Assembly: GCA_002412795.1 (NCBI GenBank)
Contig: DHVS01000038.1
Location: forward strand, 4 to 64,003
Direction: 5' to 3'
Length of the DNA stretch: 64,000 nucleotides
From: a bacterium UBP2_UBA5202
GTDB lineage: Bacteria; Edwardsbacteria; AC1; EtOH8
The notes under the pieces were generated by a model. The model had not been told where the DNA came from. It saw only the letters and a list, made by a program, of their open reading frames with translations, and searched no databases. A program made the translations under genes and the position numbers. Of this stretch, positions 19,057 through 28,130 are shown piece by piece; the stretch's first letter is position 1; each line of letters opens with the position of its first letter.

Positions 19057-19886
19057 TGAGCTTTTGGCAGCAAATGATAGGGCTGCTGCCCTTCGAATGG
19101 GCAAAATTCGCCTTCATGCAGAACGCCCTGCTGGCGGCCCTGCTGGCCTCGCTGCTGCTGGGGGTGCTGGGCACCATGGTCATCAGCCGGCAGATGGCCT
19201 TCTTCTCCGATGCCATCGGGCACGCCGCCCTGACCGGGGTGGCCATCGGCGCGCTGCTGGGGCTGGGCGACCCGCTGTGGGCCATGCTGGTCTTCTCCGC
19301 CCTGCTGGCCCTGTCCTTCAGTTTCTTAAGGCAGCGGACCAAGGCCTCGTCCGACACCGTGATCGGGCTGATCATGTCCTTTGCGGTGGCGTTAGGGATA
19401 GTGATCCTTTCCCGGCGGGGCGGGTTCAACCGCTATTCCCAGTACCTGATCGGGGACATCCTGAGCGTGGGCCCGGCCGACATTGTAAAACTGCTGGTGC
19501 TGCTTTTGGCGGTGGCCGGATTCTGGTTTTTTTATTTCAACCAGATAATGCTGCTGAGCCTCAGCCCCTCGCTGGCCAAAAGCCGCCGGGTCAACACCGG
19601 CCTGGCCGAGGCGGCCTTCTCGGTGATGACCGCCCTGGTGGTGACGGTGGCCATCCAGTGGGTGGGCCTGCTGGTGATCAACGCCCTGCTGATACTGCCG
19701 GCGGCTTCGGCCCGCAACCTGGCCGGCAACATGAGGCAGTACCTGTGGCTCTCGGCGGGCTTCGGCCTGGCGGCCGCGCTGACCGGGCTGATAGCCTCGT
19801 ACTACTGGGCCACCGCCTCCGGCGCCACCATGGTGCTGACGGCCATGGGGTTCTATCTGCTGACCCTGGTGCTCAGGAAAAAATAG
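19053..19886 (+). CDS. Metal ABC transporter permease (ZnuB-like)
   Basis: The ATGA overlap with the upstream ATPase gene and an 8-TM hydrophobic profile are typical of ABC-3 permeases. Confidence 0.8.
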   Translation: MMSFWQQMIGLLPFEWAKFAFMQNALLAALLASLLLGVLGTMVISRQMAFFSDAIGHAALTGVAIGALLGLGDPLWAMLVFSALLALSFSFLRQRTKASSDTVIGLIMSFAVALGIVILSRRGGFNRYSQYLIGDILSVGPADIVKLLVLLLAVAGFWFFYFNQIMLLSLSPSLAKSRRVNTGLAEAAFSVMTALVVTVAIQWVGLLVINALLILPAASARNLAGNMRQYLWLSAGFGLAAALTGLIASYYWATASGATMVLTAMGFYLLTLVLRKK

Positions 19887-20021
19887 CGTGCCTTCTATCC
19901 TAAAACCGCCGGACCAACCACGGAAGCAGGGAACAGCTGAAAACGCGGAATGATTTTAAAATATTCGTCATTCGGTGATTCAGTGGTAAATGGAACATCA
20001 TAATTATAATGCGGGTAAACC

Positions 20022-21119
20022 ATGAAAAGAACACTCCTCCTGCTCTTGGTACTATTGCCACTGCTCTGGTCCTCCTCCGCCCTGGCCGACAGCCAATGCG
20101 CCCAATGCCGGAAGTGGATAACCTCCAAAGACAGTTACATTGAGCATGAAGGCAAGATATATTGCTCCCAAAAGTGCTTCGCCCGGGCCATGCCCAAGTG
20201 CGCCGCCTGCGGCAAGTCCATCGCCGAGGGCAAAGGGCTGGCGGGAGGATATGTCTACACCAAGGACAAATATTACTGCTCCGATGAATGCTTCCAGAAA
20301 TCCCTGCCCCTCTGCGCGGTCTGCGGTAAAAGTGTCCAGGGGGGCTTAAGGGACCAGCAGGACAAGAGCAAACTCTACTGCTCCCAGGAATGCTACCGGA
20401 CCACCCTGCCCAAATGCGCGCTGTGCGGCGCCGTCATGCAGTCCTGGACCGAGATCGAGGGCGTCAAGTTCTGCGGCCAGTGCGCCAGGCTGCCGGAATG
20501 CTTCAACTGCCAGATGCCGGGGGCCGGCCGGGAATCCAGGGACGGCCGGCGCTGGTGCGATTCCTGCCTGGCCCTGACGGTGATGGATCAGGCTGAGGCC
20601 CAAAAAATGTTTGACCAGGTGCGGCTGGACCTCAAAAGCCATCTGGGACTTTCCACTCCGGACACCATCGCCTTCCACATGGTGGACGCCGACAGCCTGG
20701 GCCGCCTGCTGGGGCACAAGAATTTTGCCGAGCGGGGCTTTTACAAGTACAATGTCCAGTACACGGTCAACAAGAAGAAACAGAAAAAAGTGACCCGGGA
20801 GCTGTTCGACATTTACATCCTCTCCGGACTCTCGCCCGAGAATTTCCGGGATGTGGCGGCCCACGAGCTGGCCCACGACATCAACTATCGCTACTTTCCC
20901 CGGGTCCAGGGTCAAAGGGAGGTGGAGGGCTTTGCCGAATATGTTTCGGCCTTGATGAACCAATACTGGGGCCAGGATAAGGTCAACGACACCAAATTGC
21001 GAAACCAGCAAAAGGAATATGCCGAGGCCTACAAGTACTTTTTGAAACTGGGGGAAAAGGGCGGATTGAAGGCGGTGTGGGAATACATGGAAGGAAAGAA
21101 TAAAACGGCAAGTAAGTAA
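20022..21119 (+). CDS. Secreted protein with five LIM-like zinc-finger repeats and a C-terminal DA1-like HExxH metallopeptidase-like domain
   Basis: Signal peptide, then five repeats of C..C-x17-20-YCS..C, then an AAHELAHD motif in a region resembling the DA1-like family. Confidence 0.55.
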   Translation: MKRTLLLLLVLLPLLWSSSALADSQCAQCRKWITSKDSYIEHEGKIYCSQKCFARAMPKCAACGKSIAEGKGLAGGYVYTKDKYYCSDECFQKSLPLCAVCGKSVQGGLRDQQDKSKLYCSQECYRTTLPKCALCGAVMQSWTEIEGVKFCGQCARLPECFNCQMPGAGRESRDGRRWCDSCLALTVMDQAEAQKMFDQVRLDLKSHLGLSTPDTIAFHMVDADSLGRLLGHKNFAERGFYKYNVQYTVNKKKQKKVTRELFDIYILSGLSPENFRDVAAHELAHDINYRYFPRVQGQREVEGFAEYVSALMNQYWGQDKVNDTKLRNQQKEYAEAYKYFLKLGEKGGLKAVWEYMEGKNKTASK

Positions 21120-21132
21120 AGTACAAGAGAAC

Positions 21133-21168
21133 AGAAGAGCCCCGCCAACGGCGGGGCTCTTCTGTTTG
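21133..21168 (+). terminator. Rho-independent terminator
   Basis: Hairpin agaagagccccgcc-aacg-gcggggctcttct followed by gttt. Confidence 0.7.
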
Positions 21169-21182
21169 GGGAACATTTCTAT

Positions 21183-21219
21183 CTGTAAAAACAAAAGCCC
21201 CGCCATCGGCGGGACTTTT
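21183..21219 (-). terminator. Rho-independent terminator for minus-strand micro-ORFs
   Basis: Hairpin aaagccccgcc-atc-ggcgggacttt with a minus-strand T-run. Confidence 0.6.
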
Positions 21220-21370
21220 GAAACTGTGTTAGGAAAACCCAGTTATTTCTTTTTCTTCTTGGCGGCTTTCTTCTTGGCTGGCATGATTAAACCTCCTTTC
21301 TCACCGGAATTCCTCCGGTACTTAAAATTGTGGTTTGTTCTGTTAGCGAGCCAGTAAATTTATGCCGATC

Positions 21371-21457
21371 TTACTTCTTTTTCTTCGCGACCTTCTTGAC
21401 GACCTTCTTCACTGCCTTCTTGACGACCTTCTTGGCGGGTTTTTTTGCGCAAGCCAT
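21371..21457 (-). CDS. Lysine-rich 28-aa micro-protein (MACAKKPAKKVVKKAVKKVVKKVAKKKK)
   Basis: A strong GGAGGTG Shine-Dalgarno sequence lies 7 nt upstream of the ATG. A second, 13-aa Lys-rich micro-ORF (MPAKKKAAKKKKK) with an identical SD lies at 21243-21284. Confidence 0.3.
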   Translation of the reverse strand: MACAKKPAKKVVKKAVKKVVKKVAKKKK

Positions 21458-21469
21458 TATTTTCACCTC

Positions 21470-21960
21470 CTTAAGAATCAAAGTATTAGTAACTTGTGTT
21501 AATTAAGTACAAATATACAACATATTGTATATTTGTCAAGAAAAAAAATAAAAATATTTTTTAGTGGATAACTTTTATTACATTGCAAAAAAATGAAAGT
21601 ATTCTAAAACCCTTTAAAATCAATGGTCTTAGAGCATTAAATAATGGTTGTTTGCCTATAGTAAAAAAAATATCCACAACACAATAGGTAGTGTTGTGGA
21701 TAACTAATTTACTGTTTTTTCAAAGATTTTTCAGGAAATGCGCTGGAAGCATTAAAAGACAAGGGTTTCAAAAGGTTCCCTTCTGAAAAAATTGTACAAC
21801 CCGCATAATCACTATTGTTTTCAAATCTCAAAATAATGAGCGGTGAAAAAAACATGATGGCCAAAAAATATTACAAAGGAAGTCAGCCGGTAATCTGCAG
21901 GCGGTATTTTTACTGGGCAGGATCATTCTCCTCCTGCTGATTTTTGCATTTAACCTATCG
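21470..21960. other. AT-rich (~25-30% GC) non-coding region of about 490 bp with DnaA-box-like sequences
   Basis: One perfect TTATCCACA (rc of 21696-21704) and two 8/9 matches (21670-21678; rc of 21565-21573). Two of them are arms of a perfect palindrome tatccacaacac/gtgttgtggata. Confidence 0.35.
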
Positions 21961-22833
21961 ATGCAATATCCGTTTGGCCAGGGCCGTGCCGCCGGCGCAC
22001 CAGTTCACCAGGCGGCTCCACAGGTCCTGCAGCCAGAACCAGGGGGAATCGTGGTCGATCTTGTGCTTCATGTCCCAGAGGAGGTCAGTGACATATACCC
22101 CGCAGCGGCGCAGGGCGTAATAATCGATGCTGCTGTTCTTGATCCCGGGCGAAAGACTGCAGGTAGAGAGGTATCCGGCATCCCGGGCGGCCTGCTTTAC
22201 CGCTTCATTATAAAGACCGAAGGGATAGGACAGGGCGGCCACCGGCAGGCCCAGGTTCTGCTCCATCACTTGGCGGGATCCCGCCAGCTCTTCCTTCAAC
22301 TTCTCCGGGCTTAAAGAACGAAGATCCCGGTGGCTTTTTCCGTGGGAGCCGAACTCGATCCCGCCGGCCTGCATCTCCTTCATCTGTTCCCAGCTCAGAT
22401 GCCCGAATTTCAAACCGCCCCAGTTGATGTCCCAGTCGTTCGTTCTCCCCGCGTAATCCGTGACCACAAAGACGGTAGCGGTGAAGCCGTATTCCCTGAG
22501 CAGGGGAAAGGCGTGCTGGTAAAGCCCGGCATAAGCGTCGTCAAAGGTCAGACAGAGGTATTTTTTGCCGCTGCTTTCTCCCTGCCGCATCAGCTCCACG
22601 GCCCGGGACAGGGTGACGCTTTGATAACCGTTCTTTCGGAAATAGTCCAAATGCCCGGCAAAACGCTTGGGGGAGATCATGGTTCCGCCCAACTCCAGCC
22701 GGGTGTCCACCTTATGGTAGGCCAGGATGGGAATGGAACTTTTGGCCGGCGGGCCGAAGCGGATCCTCCAGTAAAGGTAAAGCAGGGCGCCGGCCAGGGC
22801 GGCGGACATTATGAATACTGCGAATGTCTGCAT
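21955..22833 (-). CDS. Polysaccharide deacetylase family protein (NodB homology domain)
   Basis: N-terminal TM anchor and NodB motifs (LTFDDAY, HGKSH). Confidence 0.8.
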   Translation of the reverse strand: MQTFAVFIMSAALAGALLYLYWRIRFGPPAKSSIPILAYHKVDTRLELGGTMISPKRFAGHLDYFRKNGYQSVTLSRAVELMRQGESSGKKYLCLTFDDAYAGLYQHAFPLLREYGFTATVFVVTDYAGRTNDWDINWGGLKFGHLSWEQMKEMQAGGIEFGSHGKSHRDLRSLSPEKLKEELAGSRQVMEQNLGLPVAALSYPFGLYNEAVKQAARDAGYLSTCSLSPGIKNSSIDYYALRRCGVYVTDLLWDMKHKIDHDSPWFWLQDLWSRLVNWCAGGTALAKRILHR

Positions 22834-23030
22834 GGCCTGAATTTTACCGCTTAACGGCTCCGGTTGTCAATTAAAATATGGGTTATATTTTTTGGCAAAA
22901 CTCTTGACTTTTTATGTTCTTTGTGAAATAATTCACTTTCTGTGCCCCGAATATACCCGAACGGTCAACTGTTATCTTGTGACCCGGGTTTAAGGGGCCA
23001 TTAGTTCATTGTCAGACAGAGAACGTTTCT

Positions 23031-23112
23031 TCTTTTGCCACATAAAGCACATAAACCGTTATAACGTTACTACGTAATAACGTTAAACGTGGTGCTTAAA
23101 TTCGGTAAAGCC
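23031..23112 (+). promoter_or_regulatory. Shared upstream boxes: A (GCCACAnAAAGCACATAAA) and B (CTTAAATTCGGT), about 50 nt before the asrA-like start
   Basis: The same two boxes recur at 26301-26354, ahead of the first antiporter-like hydrogenase gene. Box B is 47-50 nt from the ATG in both places. Confidence 0.45.
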
Positions 23113-23152
23113 AATCAGCAATCATTTCAATCATACGTAAGGCAATAAAAAT

Positions 23153-24238
23153 ATGCCGGAAAAGACGGTTTATTCGCTGGCCAAGGCCCAGGTGCCGGAG
23201 CTGATCGCCAAACTGCTTAAGTCCCGGAACGAGGTCTGGGCGCCGGTGAAGGGCGAGGGCGGCGACACCTTTTTGGCGCAGATCGATTCGGCCAAGCAGA
23301 TAGCCCCCGAATATGTCAACGGGTTCCTGGGGGCCAAGCGCTATGTGTTCCCCCAGCTGGAGGAGCTGTTCCGCTTCAAGAAGGGCAAGAACGGAACCAC
23401 CCTGCAGACCGAGACGGATCAGCCCCGGGCGGTGATCTGGGGCATCCGGCCTTGCGACATGTCGGCGGTCAACTATTTCGACAGCTTCTTCGGCCAGGGC
23501 GCCAAGTCCGGCCCCGGCTGGAAATCGGGCGATCCGCTGCCTGACCCGCTGTACGAAAAGCGGCGGGAGCGGGTGGTGTTCATCACCCTGGCCTGCAACC
23601 AGGCCGGGCCGAAATGCTTCTGCGTCTGCACCGACTCCGGGCCGTTCCTCTCCAAGGGTTTTGACATCCAGCTGACCGACCTGGGAACCTATTATCTGGT
23701 GGAAGTGGGGAGCACCAAGGGGGAGGAGTTCGTCAAGGAATTCAAGACCCTGTTCGGGACCGGGAACGAGAACGACGTCAAGCTCCGCCGGAAACTGGAA
23801 ACGGAGGCCGAGAAGACCTTCCAGCAGCCGGTCAGTTTCTTCGCCAAGGCCATGCGCAAGCTGGACGGGGGCAAGGTGGACCAGAAGTTCTGGGAGAAGG
23901 TGGCCGGGTACTGCATCGGCTGCGGCGGCTGCATCTACGTCTGCCCCATGTGCAGTTGCTTTGACGTGGACGACAAAATGGAGTCCGATACCGATGGCCT
24001 GCGCTACCGGTCCTGGGACACCTGCGACTTTGCCGGGTTCACCCGCGAGGTCTCGGGACACAACCCCCGGGCCTCCAGGGCCGACCGCCGGAAACGCTGG
24101 TTCTACCACAAGCTGTCCATGGACTATCTGGAAAAGAACCCGGTGATCGGCTGCGTGGGCTGCGGCCGCTGCGTGGTCACCTGCCCCGGCGAGGTGGACA
24201 TGGCCACGGTGGTGAGGTGGATGCGAAAGGTCGAGTGA
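23153..24238 (+). CDS. 4Fe-4S dicluster protein of the AsrA / sulfhydrogenase beta-subunit family
   Basis: Two ferredoxin-type motifs (CIGCGGCIYVCPMC; CVGCGRCVVTCPG) and an N-terminal region typical of AsrA-like proteins. Confidence 0.7.
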   Translation: MPEKTVYSLAKAQVPELIAKLLKSRNEVWAPVKGEGGDTFLAQIDSAKQIAPEYVNGFLGAKRYVFPQLEELFRFKKGKNGTTLQTETDQPRAVIWGIRPCDMSAVNYFDSFFGQGAKSGPGWKSGDPLPDPLYEKRRERVVFITLACNQAGPKCFCVCTDSGPFLSKGFDIQLTDLGTYYLVEVGSTKGEEFVKEFKTLFGTGNENDVKLRRKLETEAEKTFQQPVSFFAKAMRKLDGGKVDQKFWEKVAGYCIGCGGCIYVCPMCSCFDVDDKMESDTDGLRYRSWDTCDFAGFTREVSGHNPRASRADRRKRWFYHKLSMDYLEKNPVIGCVGCGRCVVTCPGEVDMATVVRWMRKVE

Positions 24239-24382
24239 CCTCACCCGCCCGGGCTGCCCGCGAAAAACGAGAAAAGGGACGAAAAATAATTCATGGTATC
24301 TACCGGGGTTGCCCACGAAAAACACTAAAAGGCACGGAACATTTAAATTTTACGATGGCTTGAAAAAACGCGGATAAAGTAT

Positions 24383-24763
24383 ATGAAGGTCGAATTATTA
24401 TATAAAGATGAGAGTTATGCTATAGTAGGAGCATGTTTCAATGTATATAAAAATATGGGGAGTGGGTTTTTAGAGCCAGTTAATCAGGAATGTTTGGAGA
24501 TTGAATTTGAAAGACAAAAAATTCCATTTGAGCCGCAGAAAGAACTTGCCTTAAAATATCTGGACAGAACATTAAAGCAAAAGTATAAGCCGGACTTTGT
24601 TTGTTACGGAAAAATAGTGGTGGAGATCAAAGCGGTAGAAAAACTCATTGATGATCACAGGTCACAAATGTTGAATTACCTTAACGCCACCGGTTTTAAA
24701 TTGGGCTTGCTGGTTAATTTCGGCCACCACCCCAGGATGGAAAACGAAAGATTTATCCTTTAA
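24383..24763 (+). CDS. GxxExxY protein (PD-(D/E)xK-like, PF13366 family)
   Basis: Motif IVGACFNVYKNMGSGFLEPVNQECLEIEF. The gene is AT-rich and inserted between the asrA-like and asrB-like genes. Confidence 0.8.
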   Translation: MKVELLYKDESYAIVGACFNVYKNMGSGFLEPVNQECLEIEFERQKIPFEPQKELALKYLDRTLKQKYKPDFVCYGKIVVEIKAVEKLIDDHRSQMLNYLNATGFKLGLLVNFGHHPRMENERFIL

Positions 24764-24833
24764 ATCAAACTCCCGCTAAAAATAGAAAAATATTTTTTCG
24801 TGTATTTAGTGGGCAAAACCAAAAGTAAGAGCT

Positions 24834-25670
24834 ATGAATCCAAATATCTATGTTCCTTATATAGCCGAGATCACCGACATCAAGCAGGAGACCGGCGACA
24901 CCCGGACCTACGATGTCAGGATAAAGAACAAGGAAGAGGCCAGGCTGTTCCGTTCCCGGCCCGGCCAGTTCGTGGAGGCCTCGGTGTTCGGGGCCGGCGA
25001 GGCCCCCTTTGGGCTGACCACATCGCCCAAAGAGCCCGGCGTGATGACCTTCACCGTGCGGGCCTGCGGCAAGGTGACCAACGCCCTGGCCGAAATGAAG
25101 AAGGGCGACGAGATAGGCATCAAAGGCCCCCTGGGCAACAGCTTTTTGGACAAGATAGATTCCAAGGGCAAGGACATCCTGGTGATCGGGGGCGGCATCG
25201 GACTTCCGCCGCTGCGCTCCATGATCGACCACATCTTCAACAACCGGGCCGACTACCGGGAGTTCACCATCCTCTACGGCGCCAGGACCCCGGCCGACCG
25301 GGTCTACAAATACCAGTTGAGCGATTGGGAAAATAAGACCGACCTCAAGCTGATCCAGACGGTGGACGTGGCCGACAAGGACTGGACCGGCAACGTGGGG
25401 GTGGTCACCACTTTGTTCCCCAAGCTCAAGCTGGACATACCCAACACCGTGGTCTACACTTGCGGCCCGCCAATAATGATCAAGTTCGTGATCATTGAGC
25501 TTTTAAAGCTGGGTCTGCCGGAGAAGCAGATAGTGTCCACCTTGGAGCGCTACATGAAGTGCGGGGTGGGGAAATGCGGGCACTGCTGCATCGGGAACAA
25601 GTACGTCTGCACCGACGGGCCGGTGTTCGATTATACCGAGATCAAGGGGCTGGCCGAAGAGGCTTTCTAA
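24834..25670 (+). CDS. FAD/NAD(P)-binding plus 2Fe-2S oxidoreductase of the AsrB / sulfhydrogenase gamma / PyrK-like family
   Basis: Ferredoxin-reductase-type FAD and NAD binding (RTYD/S, GGGIGLPP) and a C-terminal C..C..C cluster (CGVGKCGHCC). Confidence 0.8.
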   Translation: MNPNIYVPYIAEITDIKQETGDTRTYDVRIKNKEEARLFRSRPGQFVEASVFGAGEAPFGLTTSPKEPGVMTFTVRACGKVTNALAEMKKGDEIGIKGPLGNSFLDKIDSKGKDILVIGGGIGLPPLRSMIDHIFNNRADYREFTILYGARTPADRVYKYQLSDWENKTDLKLIQTVDVADKDWTGNVGVVTTLFPKLKLDIPNTVVYTCGPPIMIKFVIIELLKLGLPEKQIVSTLERYMKCGVGKCGHCCIGNKYVCTDGPVFDYTEIKGLAEEAF

Positions 25671-25730
25671 CGATAGGGATTACGATAGGCCATACAATGG
25701 GGATTCGATAGCGATACAATTGCAGTCTCA

Positions 25731-26228
25731 ATGTATAACCATCGTATAGCAAAGGAAGCTATCGTGCATGACCTGATAGAGTACCTGCGCTCCCTGAACC
25801 AGAGCTCCCTGATCATCGGGGTGGGGAATCCGTTGCGGGGCGACGACGGGTTCGGCCCGGCGCTGATCGCAGGGCTTAACGGGCGGACCGGCATCAGGCT
25901 GCTGGACGCCGAGGAGATCCCGGAAGCCTTCCTTGACAAAGCGGTGGAAATGGCCCCGGACAAACTGCTGATCGCCGACGCGGTGGCCCTGGGCGGCCTG
26001 CCGGGGGAAGCGGCCCTGATGCCGCCGGAATCGCTGGGGCAGAAGATAGCCATCTCCACCCACAACCTGCCGCTGTTGATGTTCATCAAGTTCTTTAAGG
26101 AGAAATGCCCGAACACCGAGGTGATGCTGCTGGGGGTCCAGCCCAAGGGCATAGAGTTCGGAAAAGAGCTGAGCCCGGAGATAAAGAAGACCATAGACAG
26201 TTTGGTCAATATTCTGACAGCCAAGTAA
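25731..26228 (+). CDS. hycI: Hydrogenase maturation endopeptidase (HycI/HyaD family)
   Basis: LIIGVGNPLRGDDGFGP motif. It matches the C-terminal extension on the large-subunit gene at 31383. Confidence 0.8.
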   Translation: MYNHRIAKEAIVHDLIEYLRSLNQSSLIIGVGNPLRGDDGFGPALIAGLNGRTGIRLLDAEEIPEAFLDKAVEMAPDKLLIADAVALGGLPGEAALMPPESLGQKIAISTHNLPLLMFIKFFKEKCPNTEVMLLGVQPKGIEFGKELSPEIKKTIDSLVNILTAK

Positions 26229-26300
26229 AATATAAAAACAGGTAACTGGTAAACTACTCGTTCAGAGCAAGTCGAACCACTCTGGTACCACCTTTATTCA

Positions 26301-26378
26301 GATTTGGCCACAGAAAGCACATAAAACACAAAAATACATCTCTTAAATTCGGTTTGTGACCTTTGTGCCTTTTGTGGC
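26301..26378 (+). promoter_or_regulatory. Second copy of box A / box B, followed by a CACAAAGGCAC-type inverted motif
   Basis: GCCACAGAAAGCACATAAAAC ... CTTAAATTCGGT ... tttgtgacctttgtgccttttgtgg. Confidence 0.45.
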
Positions 26379-26403
26379 GGAATAGTAACAAAAATAGGAA
26401 TAT

Positions 26404-27858
26404 ATGCTGTTACCCATTCTACTATTCACAATGTTGCTGCTGCCCTTTGCCGGGGCGCTGGTCTCGCAGTGGCTGCCGGAGAAGAGGCAGGACGGCTTTG
26501 CCGCCGCCATAGTCAGCCTGGTGACCGCGGCCTCGCTGTGGGCGGTGTTCCTGGGCCTGAACCAAAAGGTGGACATCAACATCCTGCCCTGGCCCTGGCT
26601 GCCCCAGGGAACCCGGGTGCTGGGAGTCCACCTGGACCCGCTGTCCATAGTGCTGCTTTTGGTGACCACCATCATCGGGCTGGCGGTGACCTTCTACGCC
26701 CGGGACTACCTGACCCCCCAGAACAGGTATCACCCGATAGAGGGCGGCAAGCGGCGCTTTTACCTGTGGCACCTGCTGTTCGTGGGAGCCATGGTGGGGG
26801 TGGCCCTGTCGCCCAACTTCCTCCAGATGTTCATCTTCTGGGAACTGACCACCATCTGCTCCTGGGCGCTGATCTCCTACTACCATAATAACGAGTCGCT
26901 GGAGGCCGGGTTCGAGGCCCTGATCAAGACCTTTTTCGGGGGCATCTTCTTCCTGATCGCCCTGATAGTGATCTTCGTCAACACCGGCAGCTTCGGCTTC
27001 GACGCCATCACCCTGCTGACCCCCCAGGCCAAGACCCTGGTCTTCATCCTGTTCCTGATAGCGGCTTGGGCCAAGTCTTCCCAGATAGTCTTCTTTGCCT
27101 GGCTGCCCAACGCCATGGCCGCTCCCACCCCGGTCTCCTGCTACCTGCACGCGGCCGCCATGGTCAAGGCCGGTGTATATTTGATGGCCCGGGTGGCCAT
27201 CTCCACCGTGGGCTTCTCCTACGGGCTGGGCCTGCTGGTGGCCGTGTTTGCGGTGTTCACCATGCTGGCCGCGCTGTTCCTGTTCTTCTTCCAGACCGAC
27301 CTTAAAAAGTTCCTGGCCTATTCCACCATCGCCCACCTGGGATACATCTTCCTGGGAATAGGGCTGGGGGTGATGGGCAGCTACTACGGCTACCAGGGGG
27401 CCATCCTGCACATCATCTGCCACGCCCCGGCCAAGGCCCTGCTGTTCATCTGCGTGGGGAACATAGCCTATGCCACCGGCACCCGCAACATGGACGAGCT
27501 GGGCGGCCTGACCAAGACCATGCCTTTGACCTCCATCGCCTTCATCGTGGGAACTTTAGGCGTCACCGGCATCGCGCCGCTGTCCTGCTACTGGTCAAAG
27601 CTGTTCCTGATGGAGGGCGTGATAGAGATGGGCGGCAAGACGGCCGTCTTCCTGATCATCCCCTTCGTGGCCGAGATCATCATCGCCTTCGCCTGGTATT
27701 TCTTCATCGCCCACAAGGTGTTTTTCGGCGAGGCCTCGCCCCGGGTGAACCAGGCCCTTAGACTGCCCATGAACACCAAGGTCATTTTGATAGCGCTGAT
27801 GGCGCTGACCGTGATCGCCCCGTTGGTGGGATTGCCGCTGGTGAAGTTGGTACGGTAA
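26404..27858 (+). CDS. Antiporter-like proton-translocating membrane subunit (NuoL/M/N / MrpD / HyfD-like)
   Basis: A 484-aa polytopic membrane protein with motifs of the complex I antiporter-like family (WLP.A...P.SA..HAA). Confidence 0.8.
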   Translation: MLLPILLFTMLLLPFAGALVSQWLPEKRQDGFAAAIVSLVTAASLWAVFLGLNQKVDINILPWPWLPQGTRVLGVHLDPLSIVLLLVTTIIGLAVTFYARDYLTPQNRYHPIEGGKRRFYLWHLLFVGAMVGVALSPNFLQMFIFWELTTICSWALISYYHNNESLEAGFEALIKTFFGGIFFLIALIVIFVNTGSFGFDAITLLTPQAKTLVFILFLIAAWAKSSQIVFFAWLPNAMAAPTPVSCYLHAAAMVKAGVYLMARVAISTVGFSYGLGLLVAVFAVFTMLAALFLFFFQTDLKKFLAYSTIAHLGYIFLGIGLGVMGSYYGYQGAILHIICHAPAKALLFICVGNIAYATGTRNMDELGGLTKTMPLTSIAFIVGTLGVTGIAPLSCYWSKLFLMEGVIEMGGKTAVFLIIPFVAEIIIAFAWYFFIAHKVFFGEASPRVNQALRLPMNTKVILIALMALTVIAPLVGLPLVKLVR

Positions 27859-27936
27859 GCCCGACCCCTCCCTTGATCCCTCCCCGCTGCGGAGAGGGAT
27901 AATATGAAGGTTGAAAAGGTTATAACCTGAGTTAGG

Positions 27937-28130
27937 AAGGCTGTAACTACGGTTAGCAAGGTCCTGACCAAGGCCGGAAGGATTCTAACCAAGGTTAGCA
28001 AGGTTATTACCTAGGTCGGAAGGGTTATTACCTAGGTCGGAAGGGTTATTACCTGGGCCGGAAGGGTTATTACCTAGGTCGGAAGGGTTCTTACCTGGGT
28101 TACAAGGGTTATTACCATAGTTAGCAGCTT
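27937..28130. repeat. Array of about nine degenerate 21-bp tandem repeats (consensus aagggttattacctaggtcgg)
   Basis: Directly visible head-to-tail units. They are preceded by related AAGGTTG(A/T)AAAGGTT motifs at 27908-27925. Confidence 0.85.

Noticed and set aside
21470-21960. Firm oriC call
   Set aside because: There is only one perfect DnaA box, no adjacent dnaA or dnaN, and no skew information within a 64-kb window. It is reported as a low-confidence observation only.
23096-24325. 409-aa minus-strand ORF
   Set aside because: It is antisense to the AsrA-like gene, which carries bona fide 4Fe-4S motifs.
27937-28130. Repeat array considered as a CRISPR locus
   Set aside because: The units are contiguous 21-mers with no unique spacers, no leader, and no cas genes. 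They are too short and degenerate to be CRISPR repeats. This is a tandem minisatellite.
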